Shown: positions 11,392 through 22,293 of the stretch, piece after piece
Numbering within the stretch: the stretch's first letter is position 1
Layout of the letters: each line of letters starts with the position of its first letter
Source of the DNA: Massalongia carnosa
Lineage: Eukaryota
Assembly: GCA_965645245.1 (NCBI GenBank)
Contig: OZ287068.1
Coordinates: forward strand, 3,596,001-3,635,028
DNA: 39,028 nucleotides
Direction: 5' to 3'
Translations under genes and position numbers: made by a program
Notes under the pieces: model-generated
The model's database searches: none
What the model saw: the letters and a program-made list of their open reading frames with translations, nothing else
Told to the model about the DNA's origin: nothing

Positions 11392-11806
11392 TGTTGCGGA
11401 GGCTACGGATTATAGGGGTGGAAGTAGGAAACAACAGCAAAAAGTACGTGCGATGATCAAGCTGATCCAATGGCAGGCTACTAATGATTGATTGAAAATG
11501 ACTGAGGCTATCTATGGGGGCATATAGCCCATTATATACCGCTGCCTGCCTTGAGCACGATTCTCCCACTTTCTATATGATCGGTCAGTCAATGCTGATA
11601 TGTAAGCTCGTCTTTGTCGGAGTTCCAAAGCTGACATATTTGCCTCATTATCAATCCACTGTAGAATGTTCGAATGTCTCCTAGAATATCAGACGCGGGA
11701 TGTTGATGATAAATCCCAAGGTGGCCAATCCAAATACTTCCAATAGCTAGTGCGCATTGGGGTTAGTGCCATTTTCTATAAGCAGACATCTCGGCTATCC
11801 TCAACA
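11392..11806 (-). repeat. 5' LTR of Copia K
   Basis: TGTTG...CAACA termini, followed by the PBS on the minus strand. Confidence 0.95.
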
Positions 11807-12823
11807 TTTTGCATAGACTGCAATATCTCGTATGCACTCTACTTCATACTCTTGCATGTTATCGTCTTCGAATTCAAGCTGTTCAGCTATTTGTTCGTCT
11901 ACTACCTCCCTTCTGGTGGTCTCTCTTTCCAGCAGAGACACATGAAAGACTGGGTGTATTTTCCAACTTTTCGGAAGTTCTAGCTGGTAAGCTTGAGTGC
12001 CTATAGGCCTCAACACCTTAAAGGGACCCAAGAACTTATGCTCAAGCTTCTTGTTCCTTTTTGTCTTAATATGTTTGCTGTTTACCCAAACCATATCATC
12101 GGGAGCGTAGCAACGTTCTTTCACCGTTCTATTGTGATATTTGGCTTGATTGTCTTGGGCTAATTGCAGGTTATTTTTCAACTCTGCTAACAAATCGCGC
12201 AGATTTTTAGCCGGTTCCTCAGCTGTCTTCGACTTCGATCGAGGGTCTTGGTTATCTTCATAACTCATCCATGGGTGGTAGCCTATATTAGCCTCGAACG
12301 GGGTGAGCTTGGTGCTTGAATTACGGGTGTTATTGTATGCAAATTCAGCGGTAGGGAGCCATTGCACACAGTCATCTTGCTCGAAACGGCAGTAAGACCT
12401 AAGGTAAGCTTCCATGGTACTATTTTGACGTTCTGTCTGACCGTCTGTTTGTGGATGGAAGGCTGTGCTTAGCCTACGCTTTATCTTCATGTAATAGCAT
12501 AGGGATGACCAGAGGTTTGATGTAAATAGCGAGCCCCGATCGGTGACTATGGAGTCAGGTAGGCCGTGATACTTGAACACGCAGTGCCTTAGCACTTCAG
12601 CTAACTGTTCAGCAGTCAGCGTTTTCTTCACTGCCTCATAGTGCACCATCTTGGTGAGCCTATCAATGACGACTAGGATGGAGTCATAATCAACTCCCCT
12701 CCAGTCCTTACTCTTAGGTAAGCCAGTGACGAAGTCCATCGTAATGTCCTTCCACTTATGAGTTGGTATAGGCAACGACTGCAAGTTTCCATAAGGCTTA
12801 TGCCTCGTAGCTTTGCTACTCAT
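11801..12823 (-). pseudogene. Gypsy B integrase core, GPF/Y module and chromodomain start
   Basis: ITMDFVTGLP, IVTDRGSLF, FHPQTDGQTERQN, FLGPFKV and IHPVFHVSLL. Confidence 0.93.
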
Positions 12824-12842
12824 GCAGACGTCGCAACCCTCT

Positions 12843-13872
12843 TGTAATGGGCTACGAGACCAGTAAGCTTATCACGAGCGACACTGATCTCGAAAGGGGA
12901 AATGCTCAGCGTGAGAGGAGGAAGATAGCTACTACGTGCTAGTCTCCGAGAGTATATGTGATCCAAAGAACTAATTGATGTGGAAGTGCTTAGACCAAGA
13001 GATCTCGTCCGAGACCCAAACGTAGGTTGTTCATAGAATAAAGACTAATTGCTAACGAATACTACAAGATTCGTTCTGATATTTATCCTACTCACCCCAA
13101 GCCTATAGCCTTGGGAGCCTTGGAACCTTAGGAGCCTTGCAAGCCTTGGGAGTCTTGCGAGCATTACAGCCTTGCAATCCACATCCGACTTTATCGCATT
13201 ACATCCAACCATCCCTCAGGATCCATCCACGAACTCGGCGTTCGCTGGATCATCTAGTCAGCCTCGAGCAGCCTTTTAGATCTTCCCTTGCAAGGTAGAA
13301 CAATTCTACCCCCGGCTAGATCCCTCACTACATGCCTCAGGCTATGTAGCTTCATTTCGCCGTCACCACTACCTAGTGATGGAAGGTTACCTCCGACTGA
13401 ATACCTCGCTACACTGCGGACCTGCCTCTAGACACAAGGTCTAGACAACGAGGTCATGTAGGTTCATTCAGCCGACATCACTACCAACGTAGTAATAAAG
13501 GTTGAAGCTGAAGTTTACACCGGGGAGCCTAGCTCAAGCTGCGTCCAGCGAGCCGTGCCTCCTGCTACCTCTCTTGAACCATCAAGAGATCCAGTAGCTC
13601 CGAGTAGGCCAGTAGATCCCATATAGAGTTCCTTGGCGTCTCCACAGGAGTCCGCCTTACACTCCATGGCAATCTACCACCACGGCCTCGACAGGTGTTT
13701 GATCTGTAAGTAGTCAAGAACGTGATAACAATAACTCCGAAGTTTCGGGGCAAGATGGCAGTGTGTCAGCCTCGACGGCTTATGCGACTTCGTACTACGG
13801 CATGGTCCACACTAGTTAATCCCGCAACCGCCATAGGCGATCACGTATCCCTCTAGCGCCATCCGTATTACA
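12843..13872. mobile_element. Solo LTR, 1030 bp (family M, copy 2), inserted in the Gypsy B integrase zinc finger
   Basis: TGTAAT...ATTACA termini and TSD CCTCT (12838-12842, 13873-13877). Confidence 0.95.
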
Positions 13873-15633
13873 CCTCTACATAGCGTGCTATGTCTGACTT
13901 CATCGATGGCCAGTAGTACTTTCTACTCACTAGCTCAATCGTCTTATCTTTCCCGAAGTGCTCTGCCAGCGGATCATCATGATTTAACTCAAGAATTTCT
14001 CCTCGTAAGGAGGCTGGGATGTAGGCCTTTCCTTCATAGAATAGACAGTGGTCCGAGTCCGACCATGGCTCGCTGGAGGGCGACACCTCCTGTGTCCCCG
14101 ACACGTCACTGTCTTTCAAGGTAGCTAACCTTTTCCGAACAGTGATAGCGACCTCGTCAACCTGTTGCAACTCAGGAAGACGCCCTAATACTCCCCTAGA
14201 AGCGGGTTGAGTATAAGGTGGCTCGCGCTGTGCGAGAGAGTTTCGCAATGAACTTCAGTATGCCTTCACCTTCGGAACAACCAATGTTCCACATGTTATG
14301 ATCTTCCATATTTCACCGTGGTGAGACCCCGTCGGGCCAGAAGCATCATCTAACGACTCCCCTGACATTGCCCTCATTAGACAAACGCGTGCGTTCTTAT
14401 CTGCTAGGGATGTCTGCAAAAGGTGGAGCGTTTTGCGGTTTTCAACCAGCACTTCGCCATCATCATCGCCAGCGGTAGGAGGTCTTGACAGCCCATCGGC
14501 TGGGTTCCTCTTACCCTGACGATAATCGATGCGGAAATTATACCTGGAAAGCTCTTGAGCCCACCTTACTTGCCTGCCGCTTAGGCGCTTGGTATCCCTA
14601 AACCTCGTAAGGTTATTGTGATCAGTCAACACGAGAATTTCGTGAGACGACCCCTCAAGGTAATGTCTCCAAATTTTGAAGGCCTCGACTATCGCTAATA
14701 GTTCAGCATCATGGGTCTCGTAATTACGCTCAGCCGGTAGCATCTTGCGTGAGTAATAGGCAACAGGGTGCCATTGTCCCTCGTCATCTTGCTGAGCCAA
14801 TATGCCGCCAATAGCATAACCTGACGCATCGGTTTCCACGCGTACTGGTTTACTAGAATCGTAATGCCTTAGTACCGGGGCCTCTATGAACGACTTTTTC
14901 AGCTTCTCAAAAGCCTCTAGTGCTTCCTCCGTAAGGAACTCGCTTTCGACACCCTTAGGTGATTTCTGTCTATGATTAGCGGGCTTTGTTTTCAGCATAG
15001 CGGTAAGTGGCCCTGCTATTTTACTGAACCCACGAATGAATCGTCTATAGAAATTCGCGAAGCCTATGAACACCTGTACATCGCGTACGCATGTGGGCCG
15101 TGGCCAATTTTGCACTGCTTGGATGCGATCTTTTCGCATAAAAACACCCTTAGGATTGATGACATAGCCTAGGAATTCGACTTCGTCGGTGCTGAATCGG
15201 CATTTTTGTAAGTTGCAAAATAAGCCATGCTTGCGGAGTTGTTCTAACACCCATCGCACAGCATCTTTATGGGCCTTACCATTCTGTTCGGTATAGATCA
15301 GTATATCATCCAAATAAACGATGCAGAAGACATCCAGTTTTAGTGCCAACGCTTTATTGATATAGGCTTGGAAGGAGGCCGGAGCATTGGATAATCCGAA
15401 TGGCATCACGTAGTATTCGAAATGGCCATATCGGGTGCGAAAGGCTGTCTTCCATTCGTCGCCTTTCTTAATTCTGATGCGATTATAGGCTGCAGTCAAA
15501 TCCAATTGGGTGTACTGTTTGGCCCGTCCTAGTCGATCTAAAGACTCGCCTACTAATGGTAGCGGGTAGCGATTTTTAACTGTCAGATTGTTCAGACCCC
15601 TATAATCCTACGCAGAGCCTCAGGGTACCATTT
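13873..15633 (-). pseudogene. Gypsy B RT, RNase H and integrase N-terminus (ORFs 14255-15505 and 13868-14248)
   Basis: [33 protein letters not shown] and HDDPLAEHFG. Confidence 0.93.
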
Positions 15634-16125
15634 TGTAAGAGTCAGACCTGGCGATTATCAGACACCAGGCCTAGGGATATGTGACAATGTGAAGACACTA
15701 ATGATTTGCTATACTAATATACTAAAAGAAGTATGTAGGTAAAGCGGAAGACTAATCGTTGAAGATTGCATCTCCCTCGAGCAGCCTCCTTATATACCCG
15801 GACCGAAGCCCTTGACCCTCTGGGCCCTTGACACTGTAACTATCTTGACCGCCCATTACTCCTACCGGATAAGCCGGCTAAACACTCTGCTGACTGCATC
15901 GTGGACACTGTGCTGACTGTATCGTAGACACTGTGCTGACAGTATCGTACCGTCCGCTCACTAATCGTACGAGCATCCTCGTATATCTCGATCGCTCGTA
16001 CTATACTCTCGGCAGTAGATACCAGCCGCGTAACGCAGACCAACTGCTTTCCATATGACTAAGCATAGCCGTAGAACTAAGCCCCGCTTAGTTAGCTTAG
16101 CCCTTATTCCTTCTATGCTGTGACA
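15634..16125. mobile_element. Solo LTR, 492 bp, inserted in Gypsy B RT
   Basis: TG...CA termini and TSD CATTT (15629-15633, 16126-16130). The host rejoins as FVPKAN|GTLRLCV. Confidence 0.92.
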
Positions 16126-16921
16126 CATTTGCCTTAGGCACGAAGAGAATAGGAGCTCCAGCTGGTGAGGTAGATGGCCGGATAAACCCATTAGCCATGT
16201 GAGCATCGAGGTAGGCCCTTAGCACTGTGAGCTCTGTTTCTGATAGGCTATAAATAGGTCCATATGGAGGCTGCTTTCCATCCACGAGGTCGATCGCATG
16301 ATCATGTAGCCCGTGCTCTGGTAGCTCGGCTGCACTATCTTCCGAAAAGACATCTGCGAAATCCTTATAAGCCTCAGGGAGCTTGATTTCTTGTACCTTC
16401 ACTGAGGCTATTCTAGCTCGACGGCTCGAATGGATGTTATCTACACCTAGCGCCTTAGCATGGACCACGTAGGTCGGTGTATCTTCTGATAACGCCTCTT
16501 CTATGAAGACTTCTGGTTCTATAATCTCTATCCGATGAGTAGTCATCAGGGCCGATTGAACGCTTAGTTCTCGCCAATTCAGGGTCCTTGCTGACCAATC
16601 GATATCGGGATTGGCTAGCTGCAGGAATGGCATGCCCAATACGATATTATGAGGTATATCTGCTATTGGGAATGTTTCCTCAAAGAAACGTTGCTGACCT
16701 AATTGATCAGTTACCCCGAACACCAACAGACCCATGCCATGTGTCATGACTTGCTGGTGATTAATAGCTTCCAAACTGACGCTGGAGTGTAACACTGTCA
16801 GAGCGCATATATTTGCGTAAGTTCTAGAAATAAGGTTAACTTCACTTCCGCTGTCAATTAGTGCTTTTGCTGTTTCTTTAGCGTGTGTTATTTCGTACTC
16901 TATGCAGGGGGCGACTTCCAA
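16126..16921 (-). pseudogene. Gypsy B aspartic protease and RT N-terminus
   Basis: ALIDSGSEVNLIS, VLGMPFLQLANPDIDW and PPYGPIYSLS. Confidence 0.92.
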
Positions 16922-16925
16922 TGTC

Positions 16926-18011
16926 TTAGGACTTGCCGATGCCTCTTTGATAGTAGTAGCCGGTAGGGAGGCAGCAGCGGCGACTATGCTTTTTTGGATG
17001 GGGACAGTCTTTTACCCAATGTTCGAGGGATCCACAATTATAGTAGCTATTTTTGTTATTATCTTGTATCTCGGTCACAGTGCCTAGCGGAATGGCATTG
17101 CTATTGGACGACGGCGCGCTAGTACCAGCCGGAGCCACATTCCTGCCGCCTCGGCCTCTTCCGCCTCTATTGCCTCTTCCGTGGTGACTACCTCGATGAC
17201 CTCTTCCGCCTCGACCTCCGCGATGATTAGTTGGATATGGTTCTCGGCGGCCCTGATCGTTAGAAGCCGGGGCACCTTGCTCCCGCTTGGAGTAGCCTCT
17301 ACCTGTTGATGATGGCAAAACAGCCGCTCCCTCAGCTAGTTATGCATCACTGATGAATTCCGCTATGGTAGCGGGATGTCAATGACCTAGTGCTAAGGAA
17401 TTCCGAATTATTGGTATGACTCCCGTACGAAGCTTCTGGACCATCTGTTCTTCGGTAATAGGATTTTCCGGATCTGCATCGGCTAATATTATTCGTAGGC
17501 GTTGTAAGTAGGCCGCAAAGGATTGAACAGTATCATTGGGACGTTGTTGTGCATGATGGTACTGCATCCAGGTTCGATCTTTGAAAACTTCTGTAGAGCC
17601 TAGTTGATTCATGAGGTTCTTTTTGAACTCCTTCCAGGTAAGATTCAGATGACCCCCTCGTGATAGTATCTCATGCCAATTGTCGCTAGGGGTGTCTCGA
17701 AGGTAGCTGCCTGCATAGGCTATACGACGATCTTGTTCCGTTTCAGGCATGCCACTAGTGTTAAAGACAGCCTCGCATTGTCTGGTGAATTCGAACAAGG
17801 TCTTATGGTCCTTGCCATAATACGGGTCGGGCGACTTAGCTTTGAGGTTATACCTGACAGATCGTTCCATGGAGCGAGGACGACGAGACTCTCTTTCCTC
17901 GTGCAGTCGTTCTAATTCCCTTTCATTGGCAGCGAGACGGGTACTTTGCTGAGTCAACAAGGTGGCCTGGGCCTGCATGGCTGCTGTCTGTTCGGTCAAA
18001 TGGGCCTGCAT
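16926..18011 (-). pseudogene. Gypsy B gag (ORFs 17379-18011 and 16926-17318)
   Basis: Gag core (KAKSPDPYYG...QQRPNDTVQSF), an RGG-rich tract and knuckle (Y)YNCGSLEHWVKDC. Confidence 0.87.
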
Positions 18012-18224
18012 GGCTCTAATCTCGTCGATTAGCTGGCTTGGTAGTGTTTGTTCCAGCGTATCGTAGTCCAGTAGGTCATCACCCTGATTGGACGTGGGAT
18101 GGCCGAATTCAGGTCGCTTCGTCTTCGTGTGTTCATGTTGACGATAAATAGTTTGAATTGTTTGGACGGTAGGTGTGATAGGATTGAACTATCAACAGTC
18201 GGACCAAGCTATCCTAAGATATGG

Positions 18225-18233
18225 AGCTTTTAG
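18225..18233 (-). promoter_or_regulatory. Self-priming type PBS of Gypsy B
   Basis: CTAAAAGCT lies 3 nt after the 5' LTR and is complementary to AGCTTTTAG at 18324-18316, about 30 nt downstream of TATATA. Confidence 0.75.
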
Positions 18234-18236
18234 AAT

Positions 18237-18732
18237 TATAAGAGGGACAGTAGACACTAGTCCTTATGGGTTATAATGCTCAGTGTGACTGCTAATAGAT
18301 TGGTAGTTGCTAAAGCTAAAAGCTGATTCCCTGAAGATGGGAATCGAGCTTTCTATATACCCCTTGGGGTCCTATTTACTAACTACTTGTCTGGTTACCT
18401 GTCTGCCTTGTTGCCTTCAGCTGAGGTCTAGTAGATAGCCTTGCTGCCTTCAGCTGAGGTCTAGCAGATAACCTTGTTGCCTTCAGCTGAGGTCTAGCAG
18501 ATAGCCTTGTTGCCTTCAGCTGAAGTCTCCTAGGCGTCCCAGGCCTCCCATGAGATCGAGGCTTATCTGAATAGCTTCAGTTGCTGCCTAACAAACTGGT
18601 AAGGCTGATTGCTGATGGCTTAGTATTGCTATCCGCCTTATTATGACTAAGCATCCGGATTATCAGTCACCCGGTCTTCTTGGGTGAGTAATCCCAGGAG
18701 CTAGCGCAGTCGTATATTGCCGCGCTATTACA
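18237..18732 (-). repeat. 5' LTR of Gypsy B
   Basis: 496-bp direct repeat of 7277-7772, with TATATA at 18354-18359. Confidence 0.95.
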
Positions 18733-18762
18733 ATTGTGCTGGTAGGAATTGGATCTTCAATA

Positions 18763-19831
18763 TAATAAGAACATCATCGCTAAGATCGTTGAGGAAAAAG
18801 GGAGCGAGAATGCTGATACCAGTCAAAATCAGTATTGAGGTAATGTCTCGTCCAGTCCTATTGATACATTCCACTACGGTCAGTGATTTTCTGTTTGATG
18901 GATGTTTATTATAGATCCTTCGGTCTTTTGATGCACTGACTATATAATCATTACTTGCCATGCTAATGCGATACCCGGTTTCATCAAAATTCGACTGATC
19001 TTGAGGATCTATGCTATACTTATCAATCACCTCTTTATATTTTATAAAGTGAGCCATTAGTAACTCTAAATCATGCGCATTTTTTCGCTCAACAGCTAGA
19101 GGTTTTCATCGAACTTTGAATAAATCGGGCTGTTGATTTAACCATCTCTTGGTCCAATGCGACCCGATCAAAGGAGGCGGTTCCGAAACAGGAGCTGTTT
19201 GACGAAGAATAGAATTTGCTGCGATTTCCAACATGTGCAATCGGGCAGGTATGTCCAAAGAGTCCAGTTTCTTGATATAAATTTGGAAGGGATAAACTGA
19301 GTGGTGGCAAACGATAGAAGGATGAAACAAACAAATAAATGACCGAATCAACAGAGCCTCACTGTATCGATGAATAAATCGTCACGCCCATCAATGGCCG
19401 ACTAGCAGTATGAATGAAAGTATCTATGATAGCTGTATGTGTTGATAGCAGTATGATCCGAAGATGGATATCTCGAAAGATGAGAAGGAAATTGCGAGAA
19501 ACAGACTCATATAACCGGAACGCCAAGACGCCAGCACCCGACCACATGACCAAGCACCTGACTCATCACCTCTCTTGCCACCGACCCGGTGGAGTTCCAC
19601 TCCACCCCTCTATAACATATATAGGGCCGACTCTTTATCCGGTTTCAGACGTCTAGTATGCAGTCCTCGTATCTCTGACCCAGATGGGGCCCCATGATAT
19701 CGATAACGAAGTCTTTCTCTAGGCACTTCAAATTCTCGTGCAATTGCTCGAAGTTTCGCGATTTTCCGCGTGTTTAAGTCGTCAATAGCCTTCGTAATGC
19801 GACTTTCGATTTCGGTATATGATTCAGGCAC
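18763..19831 (-). pseudogene. Fot1-like transposase N-terminus (HTH domains and first catalytic Asp), interrupted at 19284-19617
   Basis: KLRAIAREFEVPRERLRYRY (psq-type HTH), IGSHWTKRWLNQQP (CENP-B-type HTH) and NFDETGY. Confidence 0.88.
19284..19617 (-). mobile_element. LTR-like insertion of about 334 bp in the transposase
   Basis: Minus-strand TGTTATAG...CCCTTCCA interrupts ESALY|YIKKLD. No clean TSD, so the left boundary is approximate. Confidence 0.55.
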
Positions 19832-19887
19832 TGTGGTGATGGATGATAAATTGTTGAAAGGTGAATGGTTGAAATTTGACGATTTAT

Positions 19888-19961
19888 GTTGTATGGCAGA
19901 GTTGGGTTGTATGGCTGGCTAGCACTAAGCGAGGCGACCCGAGCGATGTGGGTGGCACGGA
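19888..19961. repeat. Right TIR of the Fot1-like element
   Basis: Inverted copy of 5985-6058, followed by TA. Confidence 0.93.
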
Positions 19962-20388
19962 TAGCCTACAGCTCGCACTTCTCGTGAGCACGTTCTAAAG
20001 CTCGACAGTTACTCGCAGTCGAGGTGCCGTATGCCAGTATATTGATGTCGTCAATAAACCCCAACGCGGTGACTTTGAGTCGAGATCGCTCAAGCTCCTC
20101 CAAAATATCTGCGTTCTAAAAAATGTAGAGAATAGGCGACACTGGCAACCCCTGCGGTATACCGGCATGAACAAGGCGCATCGAAGACGTCTGACCGCCG
20201 ATTGTCAATGTTGACCTTCTTTGCTGTAAAAAACTGCCGATCCATGCTACGATCTATTCAGGAATTTTCCTCTTGCGCAGATTGTGCAGCATTCTCTCCG
20301 CCGAGACGTGATCAAAGGCACTGGCCACATCAATGCTTAAAAGCGTGGCCACTTTGTCTGACCCCATGATCCACACCGTGTGTATCTG

Positions 20389-20872
20389 TGAAACGGGGAG
20401 ACCTTCTCCCAGCAGGCATTCACTACTGGAAGATGGGATCCACAGGGGCTACACAACGTGATGGTCACAATAGAGGTACAAATAGGTTGGGTCGGGTCAA
20501 AGGGTAGACTAAATGCTACCCTTTTGAAGTGCTTGATCATTGATCTATATAGGATAGGACAATCCATAACCTAAGCTCTTCTTCCATACCTTGCCCATAC
20601 TACCTGGTATTTTCGGACTCCGAAATACTTCGGACACCGAAAGACACCGGTAGATAAGACTAGGCAGGTGAGCTAGGGGAGGTGAGGCGAGGCGAGGGGA
20701 TACTTCGTGTACTACGAAAACACCTCCATAATAAGTTAAGTCCCCACACTATGCCTAACTGGGTTAGGCGGGACCTTATTGTCTTGGTGGTTGTTTTGGC
20801 TGTACGTATCCCACATAGCCACATAGGCCAGTCTTACGTTCAACGAACGCATACTAGGCCTACCCTATTACA
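20389..20872. mobile_element. Solo LTR, 484 bp
   Basis: TG...CA termini and TSD ATCTG (20384-20388, 20873-20877). Confidence 0.9.
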
Positions 20873-21092
20873 ATCTGTTCGGTGAGGAGTTCAAGCGCCG
20901 TTTCACAGGATCTTTGTCGTCGTCCTCCCATCTGAGACTCAGGAAGCAGATTGTGGGTCTCCACAATAGCGGCGATGCGTTTAGCTATGATCGATTCCAA
21001 GACCTTCCTAAGCGTATTCATAAGCACGATAGGTCTAGAGGCCTTAGTGAGAGTGTAGTTCGGCTTGTTCGGCTTCTTGATTGCAATAGTGT

Positions 21093-21430
21093 TGTAGTGG
21101 GGCGACATGTGTCATCTAACTATGGTCAGGTGACTTGGCAGGCCTGTGTGGGGATAAAACGGGTTTTTTGCTGGCGTTTTCTTCATCATCTCCGGAAATT
21201 ATCTTCTATCACCTACGCTGTCATCATTATCGTCATGTCACGTAGTCATCGACACACGTTCATTTCGTGCATCAACTAGTCGTTTAGTCGTTCAGTCGTC
21301 GAGTTGTTTTTATGTCGATGCATTCGTAGGTCTATTTAGACATTTGTGTGTGTGTATGTTCACTGCTCAGTTCGCCATCTATCATCACGTACCACCACCT
21401 TCCATTAGCACGCACGACTACCCTTCTTCA
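21093..21430. mobile_element. Solo LTR, 338 bp
   Basis: TG...CA termini and TSD GTGT (21089-21092, 21431-21434). The TSD is AGTGT if the last A is host sequence. Confidence 0.82.
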
Positions 21431-22293
21431 GTGTGAGCCTCGCGAAAGCAGAGTTGGTGATACCCCTGCTCTGTGCAGGCGCGAAACAGAAGGACCAGCG
21501 TGGGCAGTATCGACTTGATCAGAAGTTTGAGTATTCTATTCGGTATTCCGTCAGGGCCCGGAGTAGAGGCCGGCTTACAACGCTTGATTGCTGCCTCTAT
21601 CTCCTCGCCTGTGCTAAGAGACTCCGTTTCTGCGACTGCGGGAGGGTAGCGATACGGCGTCGTGTCGCTGGGGTCTGCCGCGGATGCATTGGGGAAGAAC
21701 ATGTCAGAGAGAAGAGACGTCTTTCGTCGAATGTGGACGCAGTGACTGCTGTGCCGTCCGCAAGCGTGTGCGTCAGATCGGGCACCTTGGGAATGTCTCG
21801 CGGTAAGTGACTGCGCGTACGAGCCTATCGAGCAAGACGCCATATGCCTTCGGACGCAGACGTCATCTCTGCTAAGGTTCTTCTGAAGTCGAGCTTCTTC
21901 TCCTGGTGATGATCTTCTTCTTTTCATCCGCCGATTTGAGATACCTGCGCCACGTTGCCTCTGTCTTCCACCTCGTCTACTCGCGTCTTCGACGTCGAGT
22001 CTCCGCCACAGTGACAGCGCAACGCTCGTTCCAGAAGGGTTTAGAGACGGGGCAGGGAGCTGTCTAGGGAATGGTCTCATTGTGTGCCCTCTTGCCGTGT
22101 GAAGAGGGGAGAGCCGGAAAGCTGTTGGTGACTGTATTAATTTCGAGGCTCATAACCGTGGAGCCTTCCTGAGTGAACTCGTTCGGCTCCTCGGCCTCGG
22201 GGGTTGGCGAGCGGCTTCGCTCACGCACTGCCTGATGACGTGTTGGCGCAGGTGTATGAGACGTCGTGTCGCCGGCGTTATTGCGTCGTTCTA

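Larger units (their letters stand above)
8386..11806 (-). mobile_element. Ty1/Copia element K, internally deleted (no RT or RNase H)
   Basis: 415-bp LTRs (8386-8800, 11392-11806), TSD TTTTG (8381-8385, 11807-11811), PBS GGTTATGAGCCC and PPT GGAGTGGGAG. Confidence 0.95.
7277..18732 (-). mobile_element. Full-length chromoviral Ty3/Gypsy element B with three internal insertions
   Basis: Two 496-bp LTRs, TSD ATTGT (7272-7276, 18733-18737), PPT at 7773-7786 and gag-PR-RT-RH-IN-chromodomain order. Confidence 0.95.
7028..18762. mobile_element. Solo LTR C (7028-7276 plus 18738-18762), split by Gypsy B
   Basis: TGTTGAA...TTCAATA termini and TSD TAATA (7023-7027, 18763-18767). The transposase rejoins as DVLI|TTAESGY. 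Confidence 0.85.
5985..19961 (-). mobile_element. Fot1/pogo-family DNA transposon (about 1.9 kb once insertions are removed)
   Basis: 74-bp TIRs (5985-6058, 19888-19961), TA duplication (5983-5984, 19962-19963) and DDE transposase fragments inside. Confidence 0.93.
19962..21850 (-). pseudogene. LINE ORF2 reverse transcriptase fragments, split by two solo LTRs
   Basis: STPGPDGIPN, SRPIVLMNTL, SQMGGR, DVASAFDHV, GIPQGLPVSPIL and FIDD. Confidence 0.9.

Noticed and set aside
2986..13872. The two 1-kb repeats as paired LTRs of one 11-kb element
   Set aside because: Each copy has its own distinct TSD, so they are independent solo LTRs.
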